DNA from: Octopus sinensis
Lineage: Eukaryota
Length of the DNA: 64,000 nucleotides
Direction of reading: 5' to 3'
Assembly: GCF_006345805.1 (NCBI RefSeq)
Contig: NC_043004.1
Coordinates: 16,554,001 to 16,618,000 of the forward strand
How positions within the stretch are numbered: position 1 is the stretch's first letter; each line of letters opens with the position of its first letter. Shown piece after piece: positions 38,820 through 52,049 of this stretch. Position numbers and translations under genes: made by a program. Below the pieces are notes generated by a model. The model had not been told where the DNA came from and made no database searches. It was given only the letters and a program-made list of their open reading frames with translations.

Positions 38820-39135
38820 CGGGGAGGTGAGTGTGTGTAGCTGGCAGTTCGTCGGTTATGAAGACGAGGGTCCAGTTGATCCGACCAACGGTACAGCCAC
38901 GTCGTGAAATTAAGCTAAAAGTGGCAAGCACTCCACAAACACGTGGTTCTTATCGTGTTTCTCAGGGAAATTCAGAGTGACACACAGTTTGACAAGGCCG
39001 GCCCTTTGATATACAGGTACTTCTCATCTTTGCCAGATGGACAGGAGCAACGAGAAACAAATTATCTTACTCAGAGACACAACGCACCGCCGGGAATCGA
39101 AATCACGACCTTTCGATCGTGAGCCGAACACTCCT
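38820..39135 (-). mobile_element. SINE family C-related, diverged
   Basis: actcagagacacaacgcaccgccgggaatcgaa...cgatcgtgagccgaacac. Its body matches the copy at 39640-39925. Confidence 0.72.
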
Positions 39136-39639
39136 ATAGGCGATACGAAAATCCATATTGAGACGTATCACGTTACTCAAATACATTATCATAAATATAC
39201 GACGAAAAATATTACAAAAGTGAATGAATTGAAGCTGAATTCCACAGTGTAATTATGGATGTGTTTTCATGATATGTGGCTTCATTTTTCTCCAAGATTG
39301 CGTTAACTCTTAAAGTTTCCTTGAGAGTTGTGTTGTATTTGATTGAACATGGTAAGAAGAAAGAATCATCAATTAATGCTAATGATTTACCGTTCATCGC
39401 TTAGCTCACCATGAAGAAATTCAGCTGTTGTTTGTGCAATTAACTATTCATAATACTTCATTACAGTGGAAACGAGTTTCTGATTAGTTTCTGAAAGTTA
39501 TGGAAAGTTCTTTTTGGTTAATGTATGAATATACATTGCATCCCCAATTTCTTACAACGTTTATATATTTTAACTCAATATTGCCAAGTCAGTAGCTTTT
39601 TAAGTACTTTCGGAATTCCTGATCCTATTCGAAAATTTA

Positions 39640-39925
39640 ACTCAGTCTCGTAGTCTGTCGCTTACGACGACGAGGTCTCCTGTTAATCCGATCAACTGAA
39701 CAGCTAGGTCGTGAAATTAACATGCAAATGGTTGTGTACTCCAAGGACACACGCACCCTTAACGTAGTTCTCACCATGACACAGAATGTTACAAGGTTGG
39801 ACTTTTGAAATCCACTCATTTTTGCCAGCTAGGTGGACTGGATTAACGTGAAATAAAGTGTCTTACTCAAGGACACAACGCGCTGCCGGCAATCGAATGA
39901 ACGTGAGCCGAGTACCTGCCCCACT
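39640..39925 (-). mobile_element. SINE family C-related, diverged
   Basis: actcatttttgccagctaggtggactg...tcaaggacacaacgcg is the reverse complement of the core of the 20797 copy. Confidence 0.78.
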
Positions 39926-42900
39926 AATTCAGGAGCCTTAACTGAAAGTTCGATATGGAGAATTTTGTCTTGGATTATAAAGAAAATGAATTTAAAATGA
40001 AATGTTGAAACTGGTATTAAATCTGTGTTTTTGTATTCCTTCATGGCCCAAGTTGTATTTCAAGCTGAGAAATTTTGGAAGGTATTCTGTATGTAAATCA
40101 GATAGCAATTAAAGTATATTTTGAACTGAATAATTTAAAATCTTAGTTTATATACGTTTACTTCATGATTAATACACATTTTTTTAAATTCCAATTCCAA
40201 ACGTTTAAATCACACATCAGTAACATAACGGCTTCTATTCTGACGTATACGATAATTCACAGTAAATTGTTGATTATTTGTATTGTAGCCCGTCTTTTAT
40301 TCATACACGGTGTGTATTTTTAATTCATTATCAAACATACCCCTACTTTTTAAGACTGTTAGGCACTATTTAACTAAGTTTTGGTTGTTTTGCCTAGCAG
40401 TTTGAGCGACGTCACAGAGCTTCCCTCGTTGGCTAAGCTTCACAGGAAGTTGCAGCTTGTGTTACACGTATTAATCCGTGGCAATCATTGCAATACGAAA
40501 TCGAATTGATGTCATCCATCAGCGCATTCTTAAGCGTTCTACTTTTATCTACCTTACCAAATTAATGCTATTAATTCTAGATCAGGTGATTTTCGACTTT
40601 AAATTTACCCCAAAGCTTTTATTTTATATTCTACATCTGCTAACATCTTAATAACAAAGGATTGCCTAATATGAGCTAAACTCCTAAATATTACATTTCT
40701 ACCTACTTACCATTATTTGGTTGAAGGCGGCAATTTATTAATGTGATTTCGGGGTCAACGAAACTTTTAATTACTTTAAGATTTCAACCTTGAAAGAAAA
40801 CGTCGCAAATATGAATTATTAGGATAATCTTGCAAAGTTCAAATGATTTAATATCACCTCCATTGATGTGTTGTTCGGTCTTTTGATGTTATCGTAACGT
40901 TATCGTGATTTCCTTAGTATGTCGTGTGAACTTTACTCTTGTATTTATCATATGATTTATCCTTAAGACAGGATATTTTAGTTATACGTCACTATTCTGA
41001 TAGCAAGCTTTCAAATATATTCTCATCATAAAAATACATAACAGTCCTTATGAAAGGAAAGTATTTACAAACGATGAGATGTTTAAATTTTAAAAAGCTG
41101 ATGAGGAAATAAATTATTTTCCTATATTAAGAAGAGAGTAATTAAAAAATGATGTTTCTTCATTTTGGCTAATTCATCTAATTCCTTCATATTCATCATA
41201 TTTGACTGAACGGTTATTTGACTGAATGGTTATTTTTATTCGTACTATATAAAATAAAGAGTTAACAGAATGCCAACAAGATGAATAGATATGATAGATG
41301 TTCATTCTGCGGATACATTAAATGTTATCAAAAATGTATAGATAAGTGTTCATAAATATGTGTAACCATATTTTATAAATCTTGCTGATTGTCTTTATAT
41401 TCATACCTGATTCTTAGATGTTCTAAGGCTGTTATTTCTATTACTTACCTCATCTTCTGAAATAGCTAGCTGTGAACGATAGGGGCTCATGCTTCCTCAG
41501 TATAGCATCACTAATCCTCTCCGCATGCCATTGGGTCGCACAAATCTATAATCTATATATTCAAATAGTTCTTCTCTTACGTTGTACAAATAATATTCGC
41601 AGCTTGCTACCTGCAGTAATTCACGCTGAATTACCAATGTCTTCGTTAGACTTATAACGTCAGAAAATGTAACTAAGTAATTGAAAATGGCCACCGAAAC
41701 AATTGCTTGCTTATTCATTCGATTATAGAATATGTAGTGCGAAGAGGTAAATTAGCTTCAAGAAAATAATAGAGTTGTTAATTTAAAATGTACGTATCCA
41801 GACGCCAAGAAATAATATGAAATAATTTGAACATTATTCCTAGCAATGTTGCTTCGAATAAATACAAGGCATTCCCTCTCTCACACTCTTGAATATAGTA
41901 TTCACTTATAATTATATATTATGGAAATATTCACACGCAACAACCACTGATGTCATCTTCAATATAGTGTAGTATGTGCGAATCAGATTAAAGTATATAA
42001 CAGCATTTATCATTTCTCCTTAGTTGTCAAAGAACTTCTTACCCTCTATTGGTTACTAATTGTAATTGATTTCACTTGGGAATATCATATATATCGTCTT
42101 TTGGGAAGAATGAACCGGTAAAAACATTAGTTATGCCTCATATCACAGCCTACATACATATTTCTTATGAAACTTTATAGACAAATTTAAAATGTGAATT
42201 CAATAACTGTCACAAAATCTATAATTATTATTCCTGTTGTAAATCTGAAATGATTCTCGAAATTTCTTCCAATGAACTCATATGACGGTTTCTATTCTTT
42301 TCAACGATATTTTTCCTTATGTTGTTAATTCCTAGATATTAATTTGACATTTGCATTTCTTATCCTAGACACTTAAGTCGCATACTTCTGAGAGCGTGAC
42401 TGTAACAACAAAAACTTAGGGCGATTGTAGTAAAGAGTAGACTTAGGTGTTTTATTACGTTTACTGTGGTGGTTCACTGTCCAGAAACAGCTGATAGTAT
42501 AACAACTAGTAACATATCTGTTACGTAATATTTTATTTGAATCCAGCAAAGCATGATTACATCAAGTATCAAATACATTATATAATCTTGTATATTCAAC
42601 GAAATCGAGCAGATTTTGTATTTACATATAATAATTATTAGAGCGCTGAATTAGTTTTGAGGCGTTCATGCCATTCCCAAATGCATACGAAACAGGTGCC
42701 AGTTATTTTCTATAAATGCTTTCAATATTCGTATTAGGAATTATTAATATTGCTTATCGATGAGGGGACTCCATTTTGACATCAATGACTGCATTTGCGA
42801 AACTGATTGATAAAATATATTAAAAATATATTAGTTTCTAGCTGAAATGCTTTTCCCCATTGATTGAATGAAGGAATATTTTCATATTCATTTGCTTTTG

Positions 42901-45009
42901 AAATATATTAAAGACAATATCCTTTGTACTTCGGATGAAAAATAGGTCTAAAATTTGGTAGCATATATATTAAGCTACTCGTTTCATATAATAAGAACAA
43001 TTTAATTCTGTTTCGTGTGTATCAGTTTAAATTATCGATAAATCATTGATTGAATCATTATGAAACGTCAACAGCAGACATAATTCATCCTGTCATTTAT
43101 ATTTTATTTATAGCTTTAATTTAAACCAATCTTTGACCTTCATCTAATCTATGAAGAATCGCCTTTTTTTTCTTTATATTTATCGAGTGGAATAATAGAG
43201 TCTCCAGCTAATTGACTGGTTCAATATCAGCTTGTTGTTCAACCATTTAATATAAGCAGCCAATGGCTATACCAAACGAGAATGATCATTTATTTCAAGT
43301 TTTATTTTGACATTTTGCCATTGTTAATTTTTATTTCTTGAGAATATTTTCCATGCAATCATAATCTATCTTTTTATCAGACAGAGTATTTGCGAGAACA
43401 CACGAAAAATATTTGATTGAAAATTCTTAAATCGTTATCGAACGATATATAGGAATTGCGTTTTTGCATTGTAATGTCTTTCCTGCGAAAGTTATAGTTG
43501 TAACTTAATTTTATGATTTTTTTCATTTCTTCCTGATCACATTAAGTTTGAAGCCAAATTTAGGACCACATCTTTATGATCAACTAAACAGACTGCATTT
43601 CAAACCTTGTACTTCTATAGCAATCCAATATGTAATATCACTAACATAAAGATCCTTTCCTAAGAAGCTGACGTAGCGCATGATGAAGCTAAACAGATTT
43701 TATATGCAAAACACTTCGTTGTAACAAAGATGGATGCAAGAAAGTAAAGCTTATATTACATTGTAAGCAATCAAGCCACCAGGGAAAAATCAATTTTCAT
43801 TTGATGTGTGGTTAGGGTATCATGGAGATATTGCTGAAAACATTGCTGGTATATTTTTCAAGAGGATATTACTTTGTCTCAAGGCAATTCAAAACTTTTA
43901 TTCCATACACCTATATCTTTTAAATCCGTACCGCTATTCTCTTCGCAAAATAAAGGAACATTTCAGACATAAAAGTCTTAAAAACATAAGGTTGTTTTGG
44001 AAACGAAACCAAACTTTAAGTAACAACATATCACGATTAGGAAATAACTTCAGAAGGAAAACCCATTTAATCCATCAAAGAGGCTAGCAATGTAACGCAT
44101 TTATTTAAAGGTGTGATACTTCTAAAACAGTCGCTCTTAAGCCAAAATAGATTTCTAAATCTAGTAAATAAATCAGAGTCACTGATCCATATACGTTTGG
44201 AATGTTATTTCGATAGGAGCTCAGGAAACACACAATGTTATTTCGGTAGGAACTCAGGAAACACACACAAAAACACACAGAAAGAGAGGCGATTAAAAAG
44301 TTACAAGGAAGTTGTCGTGGGGATCAGAAGAGTAGCCAGTGTTACGGATAGAGCCCCTCTCTAGGTTCAAGATGACATTAGCAACAAAAGGGCACAAGCG
44401 ATATATATTCTCTATTCAAATTTGAAACAATGTACCGACGGGTTTAAATGGAAGTTTTTTTGGGGGTTTTTTTCCCAGTTATTCACAAATCCTATGTTAT
44501 ACTTCAGGTCAACTCTCACATTAAGATTTCCTTCAGCCTGATATTCAGTACCTTCTCTTCTTTCCCTTACTCTTTCTTTCTAGTACTATACACGTATTTT
44601 ATCTCTCATACTATAGCCTTTCTGAGTCTACAACATCAACGATGCAATTTAGTTCCCGTTGGCTGCAGGTTGTCACGTAAGAACAGGGGATGTAAAATTC
44701 TGATGCTTTTCATCTTACTCACCTGTCATCTAAACCTCCAAAAGAAGCTCTGTTAGAAACATTCTACTCCTCGTGGAAATTTCAATATATTCCATCTTGC
44801 AAATTTTCTGAATTAATATGGAGTCTTACAGAACCAAACCACTAGCAAGATCTTTACATTCCAATTTCTATGATGTATGCGCGTATGTTTGCGAGAGTGT
44901 ACATGAGTGTACCTATGAGTATATCAATACCTATGAGTACACATTCTTGTATATAAACATGTGTGTGTATTTGTGTACATACACATAGGTAGATAGATAT
45001 ATATATCCT

Positions 45010-45385
45010 TAAATCTTTTAAAATGTTTCAGCCCTAAAAGCTGCGGCCATGCTGGGGCACCACCGTTGACTGTGCTACACTAGTATATCAAACCACCTCT
45101 GATACGTGGCACTTGATCAAGAAGGGAGTTCTACGCCGCTGCCCGCATCTGTGTTTCTTGCCGAGAGGTAGGTTCATCTGGAAACCCTGACAAGAAAAGA
45201 TCGAGTTTAGTTTTAAAGAAATCCACATCCACACCATGCAGATATCTCAGACATTTAGGAAGGATATTGAAGAACTCTAGCTGTGCTTTCTGAAACCCAA
45301 GCTGTTGCAGTATCTGGTCCTGTATTTTGATGATGATGTTGGGATATTTGGCAACATGCAGTGGCGCCCCGTTCTCCTGTTGGGT
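45010..45385 (-). pseudogene. CR1/L2-group LINE extreme 3' end
   Basis: FNILPKCLRYLHGVDVDFFKTKLDLFLSGFPDEP...RAAA*NSLLDQ, followed by the tail ggtggtgccccagcatggccgcag...ctgaaac. Confidence 0.8.
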
Positions 45386-45425
45386 TATATATATATATAT
45401 ATATATATATACATACATACACACT

Positions 45426-45456
<31 letters not shown>

Positions 45457-45717
45457 TCTATGTACTCTTGTACATATAAAACTATATATTTGTACGAACA
45501 CATACAAAAACACACACAAAATCACACACACGCGCACACACATATATTTGAATGCGTGCGTGTACGCACTCAAGTATGTACATTTCTATGTATGTACATG
45601 CATGTAAATACACATACACACACATATATATGCATACACACATGCGCGAATATTTATGTGTGTGTGTATGTCTGTGTGTGTGTATGTGTGTGTGTGTGTG
45701 TGTGTATGTCTGTGTGT

Positions 45718-45756
<39 letters not shown>

Positions 45757-46410
45757 CAGAAGAACGTGTTAGTCGTTTTGAAGCTTATGTCTAAGTTTAA
45801 TGTGATAGATATTTTTCAAGCAACGAAAGTTTGAAAGCAAGTATGTAAAAATATTTATTCCTGAATATATCAAAATAAGATTAATCACCGGTGCTTTTAT
45901 TGGAGTCAACTTACGCCTAAAAAATAGGCCATTCATTCATCTGTTCAATTATTATATCCTGAACATGTGATGCAGTACTCTATTCCTTATGCAAATGAAC
46001 TTGATATTTTCAGGGAAGATGAAATTTCTTTGGGAGATGAGTGATTTATTTTGTATATTATGACCTTATTCCAGTAAATTTCAAAACCATCAACGTGGAA
46101 AAAAATATATTAGATGAATTGTTAGAAGAAAATTCTTAATAGATACTGATAGCAGGGTCCCAAAATTCAAAAGGCTGTAATAGGATGCCGTAACTATCTA
46201 TCAAGTAAACAGGTCACGCTTACACCTCTAGAGATATTAGTGAAGGGGGACGCGTACCTTAGAATTTATTACTATTATTTAAATTCCATATTTGAAGAGT
46301 CATGTAGTGAAATATTTTTCCTGAACATCTCTATATACATAGGTGGAGCGTATCATGTATTTTAAAATTAATTTCAGTAAGCACCTGTAAATTTAAGAGG
46401 GCAAACATAG

Positions 46411-46627
46411 CAGGGGATACATAAGGGTTCCTGGATTTAAGGGTATCACGAAAGGATTAATTGTGACGCAAAGTTTCCGAGATCTTTTACATGGCTTAGG
46501 AAAACTGAAGGAGTGCTGGAATAAGTTTGTGAATCTGAAAGGAGAATATGTTGAGTAAAATCATAATTAGGTGATCCTCCTGGATTTTCTTTTATCCAAA
46601 GCCAGGAACTTTTTAACACCCACTCGT
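46411..46627. mobile_element. Mariner-derived MITE, same family as 7036-7647, opposite orientation, no SINE insert
   Basis: gggttcctggattta ... aaagccaggaactttttaacacccactcg|TA, with internal gtgaatctgaaaggagaatatgttgagtaa. Confidence 0.8.
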
Positions 46628-46859
46628 AATGGTTCTTAAGATTACAGAACAAGGGAGAGGTTTGCGTGTTCGCTGACAGTTGTTTATTTTTATTAGTTAT
46701 ATTAGTTACGGATGGTTCGATTTCCTCAATTTGGCTCCAATGTCCCGGATCACTTCTGCATTAAGCCTAAAATATTAAAAAACAAAAACTACGTGCATAT
46801 CAGCTTCATCGAATGATCTGATGGTTAAATCGATTCCTAGTCATTATGATTAGTCAAAC

Positions 46860-46861
46860 AT

Positions 46862-46946
<85 letters not shown>

Positions 46947-47157
46947 GAGATAGATAGGTAGATAGATAGATAGGTAGATAGATAGACAGACAGATAATGA
47001 GACAGATATAGATGCGTAGATAGAATGATAGATAGATAGATACATACATACATACATACATAGACAGATAGAGAAAGCGTGAGAGAGAGACATACAGACA
47101 GACAGGCAAACAGGCAGACTAATAGATAGATAAATGGATGTATAGATAAATAGATAA

Positions 47158-47201
<44 letters not shown>

Positions 47202-47391
47202 GTTTCTTTATTGGCCACACAGGGCTGCACACAGATGGGACAAGTTACAAGGTAGAGCTTTTCTTTTGGGGGATGAAAAAAAAGGGGGTGGCGTAGGTTT
47301 TCGATCAAGAGGGATCGTAAAAGGGAAGAAAAGAACAAAAAAAATTGAATAAAAAATAAAAAGAATAAAAGAAAAAAAAAGAAAGGGAAAT

Positions 47392-47474
<83 letters not shown>

Positions 47475-47640
47475 GATAGATAGATAGATGGATAGGTAGG
47501 TAGGTAGGTAGGTAGGTAGATAGGTAGGCAGGTAGGTAGAAACGCAGACAGACAGACTGATGCATATATGCATACATACATACATTCATACATACATACA
47601 TACATACACGCATGCATACATAGATACACACAGACAGACA
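46860..47640. repeat. (GATA)n array interrupted by a ~200-bp insert
   Basis: Directly visible; the insert spans ~47198-47395. Confidence 0.92.
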
Positions 47641-47779
47641 TAAACACGCTCCTGCACTCCTGACTTTACTTAGACAGCTGAAAGATAGATATATCTGCGT
47701 GTGGTGTGAGGGTATTTGAGTCTAGTTGTAAATTTAAATGCATCTAAACACAAACAGTTCAATATATATATATATACAA

Positions 47780-48360
47780 AGTGAGATAGGGGTTGCGAGT
47801 GTAACCCACTATGGGATAACATTTATCCAATATATTGCCAGTAAAGTACCCAGAAAGGCTAATACATAAATGCTAAGAATTGCAATGCAATTAATTCATT
47901 TATTGTATTATATGGGCGAAGGTAAAATGTTTTACCTCAAATTCATAATACAAAATAAGAAAATGGAGGAATAGATTTTAATCAATCAACAACTACTAGA
48001 TAATATCAATTCATATAATTTATTAACTAATTACTTAGGAACAACCAGATCAAACAGAATAATACAGAATAAAGCAGTACACATCAATGAGTAATATAAT
48101 ACCATAAGAACAATACATATAAATATAAAATGGATCTTACAGCTGTTTCAGCCATGTAGATAAGAGTACCTCCTTATGCTCATATTAGTCAGATGTATTA
48201 AGGTAATATGCGGTTATAAATGTGTTACTTATATATATATATCCCACGGTCTCGTCAGAGATTATAAAGTACAATTATAGAGGTATAAAAGGAAGATATA
48301 AAGTGCAAATATGAATATTAGAGAAGGTACACATATACAAGAATAAGTAGATAAGTACAA
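47780..48360 (-). mobile_element. Penelope-like fragment with a hammerhead carrying an expanded loop 2
   Basis: The - strand reads atct-CTGACGA-gaccgt...~100 nt...atggct-GAAAC-agct-GTA-agat (48134-48262). Confidence 0.55.
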
Positions 48361-48371
48361 CCCGCACGCAT

Positions 48372-48762
48372 TCTTTTACTCGTTTCAAACATTTGAATGC
48401 GGCCATGCTGGAGCGCCACCTTTAGTCGAGCAAAGCGACCGCAGAGCTTATTCTTTGTAAGCCAAGGACTTATTATATCGGTCTCTTTTGCCGAACCGCT
48501 ATGTTATGGGGACGTAAGCACACCAGCATCGGTTGTCAAGTGATGTTGGAGGGAAAAACACAGACACACAAGCATATACACACATACACATGCATATATA
48601 TATATATATACGAAAGGCTTCTTTCAGTTTCCGTCTACCAAATCCACTCACAATGCTTTTGTCGGCCCGACCGTATAGTAGAAGACACTCGCTCAAGGTG
48701 TCACGCTGCGGAAATGAAACGGAACCATGTGGTTGGTAAGCAAGCTACTTACCACACAGCCA
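48372..48762 (-). mobile_element. SINE family A
   Basis: Reverse complement of the 30361 copy, including head and tail. Confidence 0.88.
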
Positions 48763-49357
48763 TGTATTTATTCCTAAACTATCAAACGTGCCTACCGTCT
48801 GGGTTTACTTGTTACAATTTTTTGAGAAATTAAGGATTCCTCGTAGTTCTACGATCGCTTTATGTTAATGATATACCACTGTTCATGAATGAAATGAAGG
48901 ATTTCGATCAATTCCACAGACAGCACCACTAATTCGGACGCGAAGCAAATAGAATGATCGATAAGAGAGATAAGAACTGTTTTCTTTATCCTGCTTTACA
49001 TTTATCATTTCTATTGGTATCCTTGCTTTCCTATATATTGCAGGCATCAGTATTTGCTGGTTCAAGTGAAAATATGAAGCTGAGGATTAAATTATTTTAA
49101 CTATTGCTATGTATGCATCCGTATCAACGGCTGCAGGGAGTGATAAAACCATAAAAATCGTATATATTTATAGAAAAGTGGAGGTGTTTATTCAAACGCA
49201 TACACACACACACACACACACACACTCACACACACACACATATGTACATGCACACTTATAACTGATCACATACAAACACAAATAAATCTAGAGGTTACTA
49301 AAAGGAACAGAGTAAGGCTCCTTAGAATGAAGAGCTCAGAATATTGGGGCAGATTAG

Positions 49358-49555
49358 GGCAGCGAAATTGTAGAATCGTTACCGCAAGGGACATAATGCT
49401 TAGCAGCGTTTCGTCTGCCAATATGCTCTGAGTTTAAATTCCCCCGAGCTCTATTTTGTGTTCCATCCCACCGGAGTCGATAAAATAGGAACCACTTGAT
49501 GTGATTAACGCTTTTCTCAAAGAAGGTGATGGCCTTGTGTCAAAAATTTGAAACT
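49358..49555 (+). mobile_element. SINE family B, diverged
   Basis: gtagaatcgttaccg...aatgcttagcagcgtttcgtctgcc...ctgagtttaaattcc...gtcgataaaat. Confidence 0.65.
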
Positions 49556-49770
49556 CATATCGGCACAGGTTGCAAATATGTTTGATTAAAATAGTGGTTC
49601 CATTCAATGGCATTCAACCAACTTCGTAAATAGTCGGAAACCGATTCATAAAAGAAGTGTGAAACCTGATACAGTTGACATTGTGTTCACGAGAAAAGTA
49701 AAAACCGGAGTAGAAAATGTATAGAACTGTCGATATATTGATGAGGACGGTGTGTTGGTACTGGTGGTGG

Positions 49771-49808
<38 letters not shown>

Positions 49809-50267
49809 ATGATGATGACGATGACGACGATGATGATCACGACGATGATGGTGGTGTTGCTGGTGGTGGTGGTACTGCTAGAAGATAAATATATGTAAAT
49901 GAGATCATTAAGCTGTTTAGTGAATTCCCTCGATATTTAGTAGTATGCTGCAACGAAACAACTGCGGAGGCCATGTAAAATATACAATGTGTAGACAGTT
50001 ATGCACATTTACATACACACGTGCGCTCACACATACACAACCATATATATATAGAGAGATATACACTTGTGCACATACACATAGATAAAAACACATATTT
50101 TTATACGTATACGTTCATATAAATAGATAAATACACACACATTCATACAAAAACACACACACACATCCGCACTCAAACAAACACATGGAGGATGCGACGG
50201 GTAAATTGTTGCCATTATATTTTTTATTCGCGCATGCGCATTGATTGCTTTTGATTTTGTCGACCAC

Positions 50268-50724
50268 ACAGTTTAGTGGGGTCAGACCCTGTGTCAGGCA
50301 ACAGGACTCTGCACCGTGCCACAGAAGCAGGAAAACCCAGTTACATTTATCAAACAATTTCTGCGACCACATCACATCTAACACCTAACTCCCCAGACTG
50401 TAACCTTCTTGATTATTATGTGACTTGCGTCGCAGTTGAGCGAGAGACCAACAAAACTCCTTGGAACACGAAAGATTAGCTGAAGGCAAGGATTATGGCA
50501 GCATTCACAACTTAAACAAGGAGACCGCCCAGAAGAGTTGCAGGAGATTCCGAAGTCGTCTGGAGGCCATCGTTGAAGCCAATGGCAGTTTTTATTGAAT
50601 AAATTTACTCTTTAGAATTTCAAGATATTTTTATGTAATTTTGGTTAAATATATGTTAAAATGAGATGTCAGTGTTATTTTCATTTTTGCATAATTTAGA
50701 CGACAGTTTATTCACTGCACCCTG
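50268..50724 (+). mobile_element. DD37D (maT-like) transposon 3' fragment with right TIR
   Basis: QQDSAPCH...PNSPDCNLLDYYV...CRRFRSRLEAIVEANG. The terminus is ...ttcactgcaccctg|TA. The D-to-D spacing fits 37 if a small deletion before PNSPD is allowed. Confidence 0.82.
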
Positions 50725-51194
50725 TATGTATGTATGTATGTATGTATGTATGTATGTATGAATGTATGTATGTATGTATGTATGTATGAATGTATGTATG
50801 AATGTATGTTTGCATGTATGTATGTATGTATGTATGTATGCGTATGTCTGTATGCATGTATGTATGTATATTGGTGGAACTGTAGTGATAGTGCGGTTGG
50901 TCTTCTGTAGTGATAGTGGTGGTATTGGTAATGCCTACTCCAATAAAATGGTGACGGCAGCAGTGTTATGTTGACGGCTGTTGTGGGGGACATTGGTGGC
51001 GGTTCTAGTCGTAGAGATTTATGGGGTAGTAATGGTTGTAATGAATGTAGTAATAGTTGGAGTAGTGTTGATGGTAATGGTGGTAGTGGTGGTGTTAGTG
51101 GAGGAGGTGGTGGTAGAGGTTGCGGTGGTGATAATGGTGGTGGGGCTATTGGTGGTAGTGCCTAAGGCAGTCGAAGGAAGTAATGCTAGTAAGT

Positions 51195-51545
51195 GCAGAG
51201 GTCAATGGTTAGAGCATTAAGCTAACAATCAGAAGGCATTAAGCTAACAATCAGAAGTTCGATTACCGGACCGGACAGTGTGTTGTGGTCTTGAGCAAGA
51301 GTATTTATTTCACGTTGCTCCAGTTCATTCAGTTGTAGAAACGAGTTGCGACATCACTGGGGTCAAGCTGTACAGCCTTTGCCTTTTCCTTGGATAACAT
51401 CAGTGGCGTGGACACGAGATATTGTATACATAGGCGACTGCTGGTCCTGCATAAACAAATTTTCCTGGACCTGTGCCTTGGAGGGGAACTTTCTAGGTGC
51501 AATCCCATGGCCATTCATGAGAGAAGGAAATCTTTACCCCTTTTA
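51195..51545 (+). mobile_element. SINE family C-related, with a 22-bp tandem duplication in the tRNA head
   Basis: gcattaagctaacaatcagaag x2, gttcgatt, gtggtcttgagcaag. A related tail fragment lies at ~63680-63745. Confidence 0.72.
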
Positions 51546-51610
51546 ATAAGGTGATGAACAAGGTAGGGCGGTACACATTTCAGGAATATATAGTCATACA
51601 CACACTGGCA

Positions 51611-51775
51611 AAGGCGTGGCTGTATGGTAAGAAGCTTACTGCCCAACAAAATAGTTCCGGGTTCAGTGCCGCCACTGAGTGGAACCTTGGGTAGGTATCT
51701 TCTACTATAAACTTCGGGCCGGCCAAAACTTAGTGTGTGAATTTAGTTGACAGTAACTGAAAGAAGTGCGTCGTA
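51611..51775 (+). mobile_element. SINE family A, 5' half
   Basis: ggcgtggctgtatggtaagaag...gttccgggttcagt...tcttctactata...aactgaaagaag. Confidence 0.8.
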
Positions 51776-51946
51776 CGTGTGTGTGTGTGTGTGTATGTGT
51801 GTATGTGTGCGTGTGTGTGTGTGTATGTGTGTATGTGTATGTGTGTGTACGTCTGTGTGTATGTGTATGTGTGTGGTGTGCGTGCGCGCCTGTGTATGTG
51901 TGTACGTATGTGTGTATACGAACGTAAATATGTATAGATGCGTGTT

Positions 51947-51992
<46 letters not shown>

Positions 51993-52049
51993 ATATGTAT
52001 ATATTCAAGAAAGAGGCTGAAAGAAAGACACACGACACATAAGTACTAA

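Noticed and set aside
44200-44268. Short tandem duplications (33 bp here; also ~41200, ~61166, ~28068, ~34680)
   Set aside because: Ordinary local slippage duplications with no further structure.
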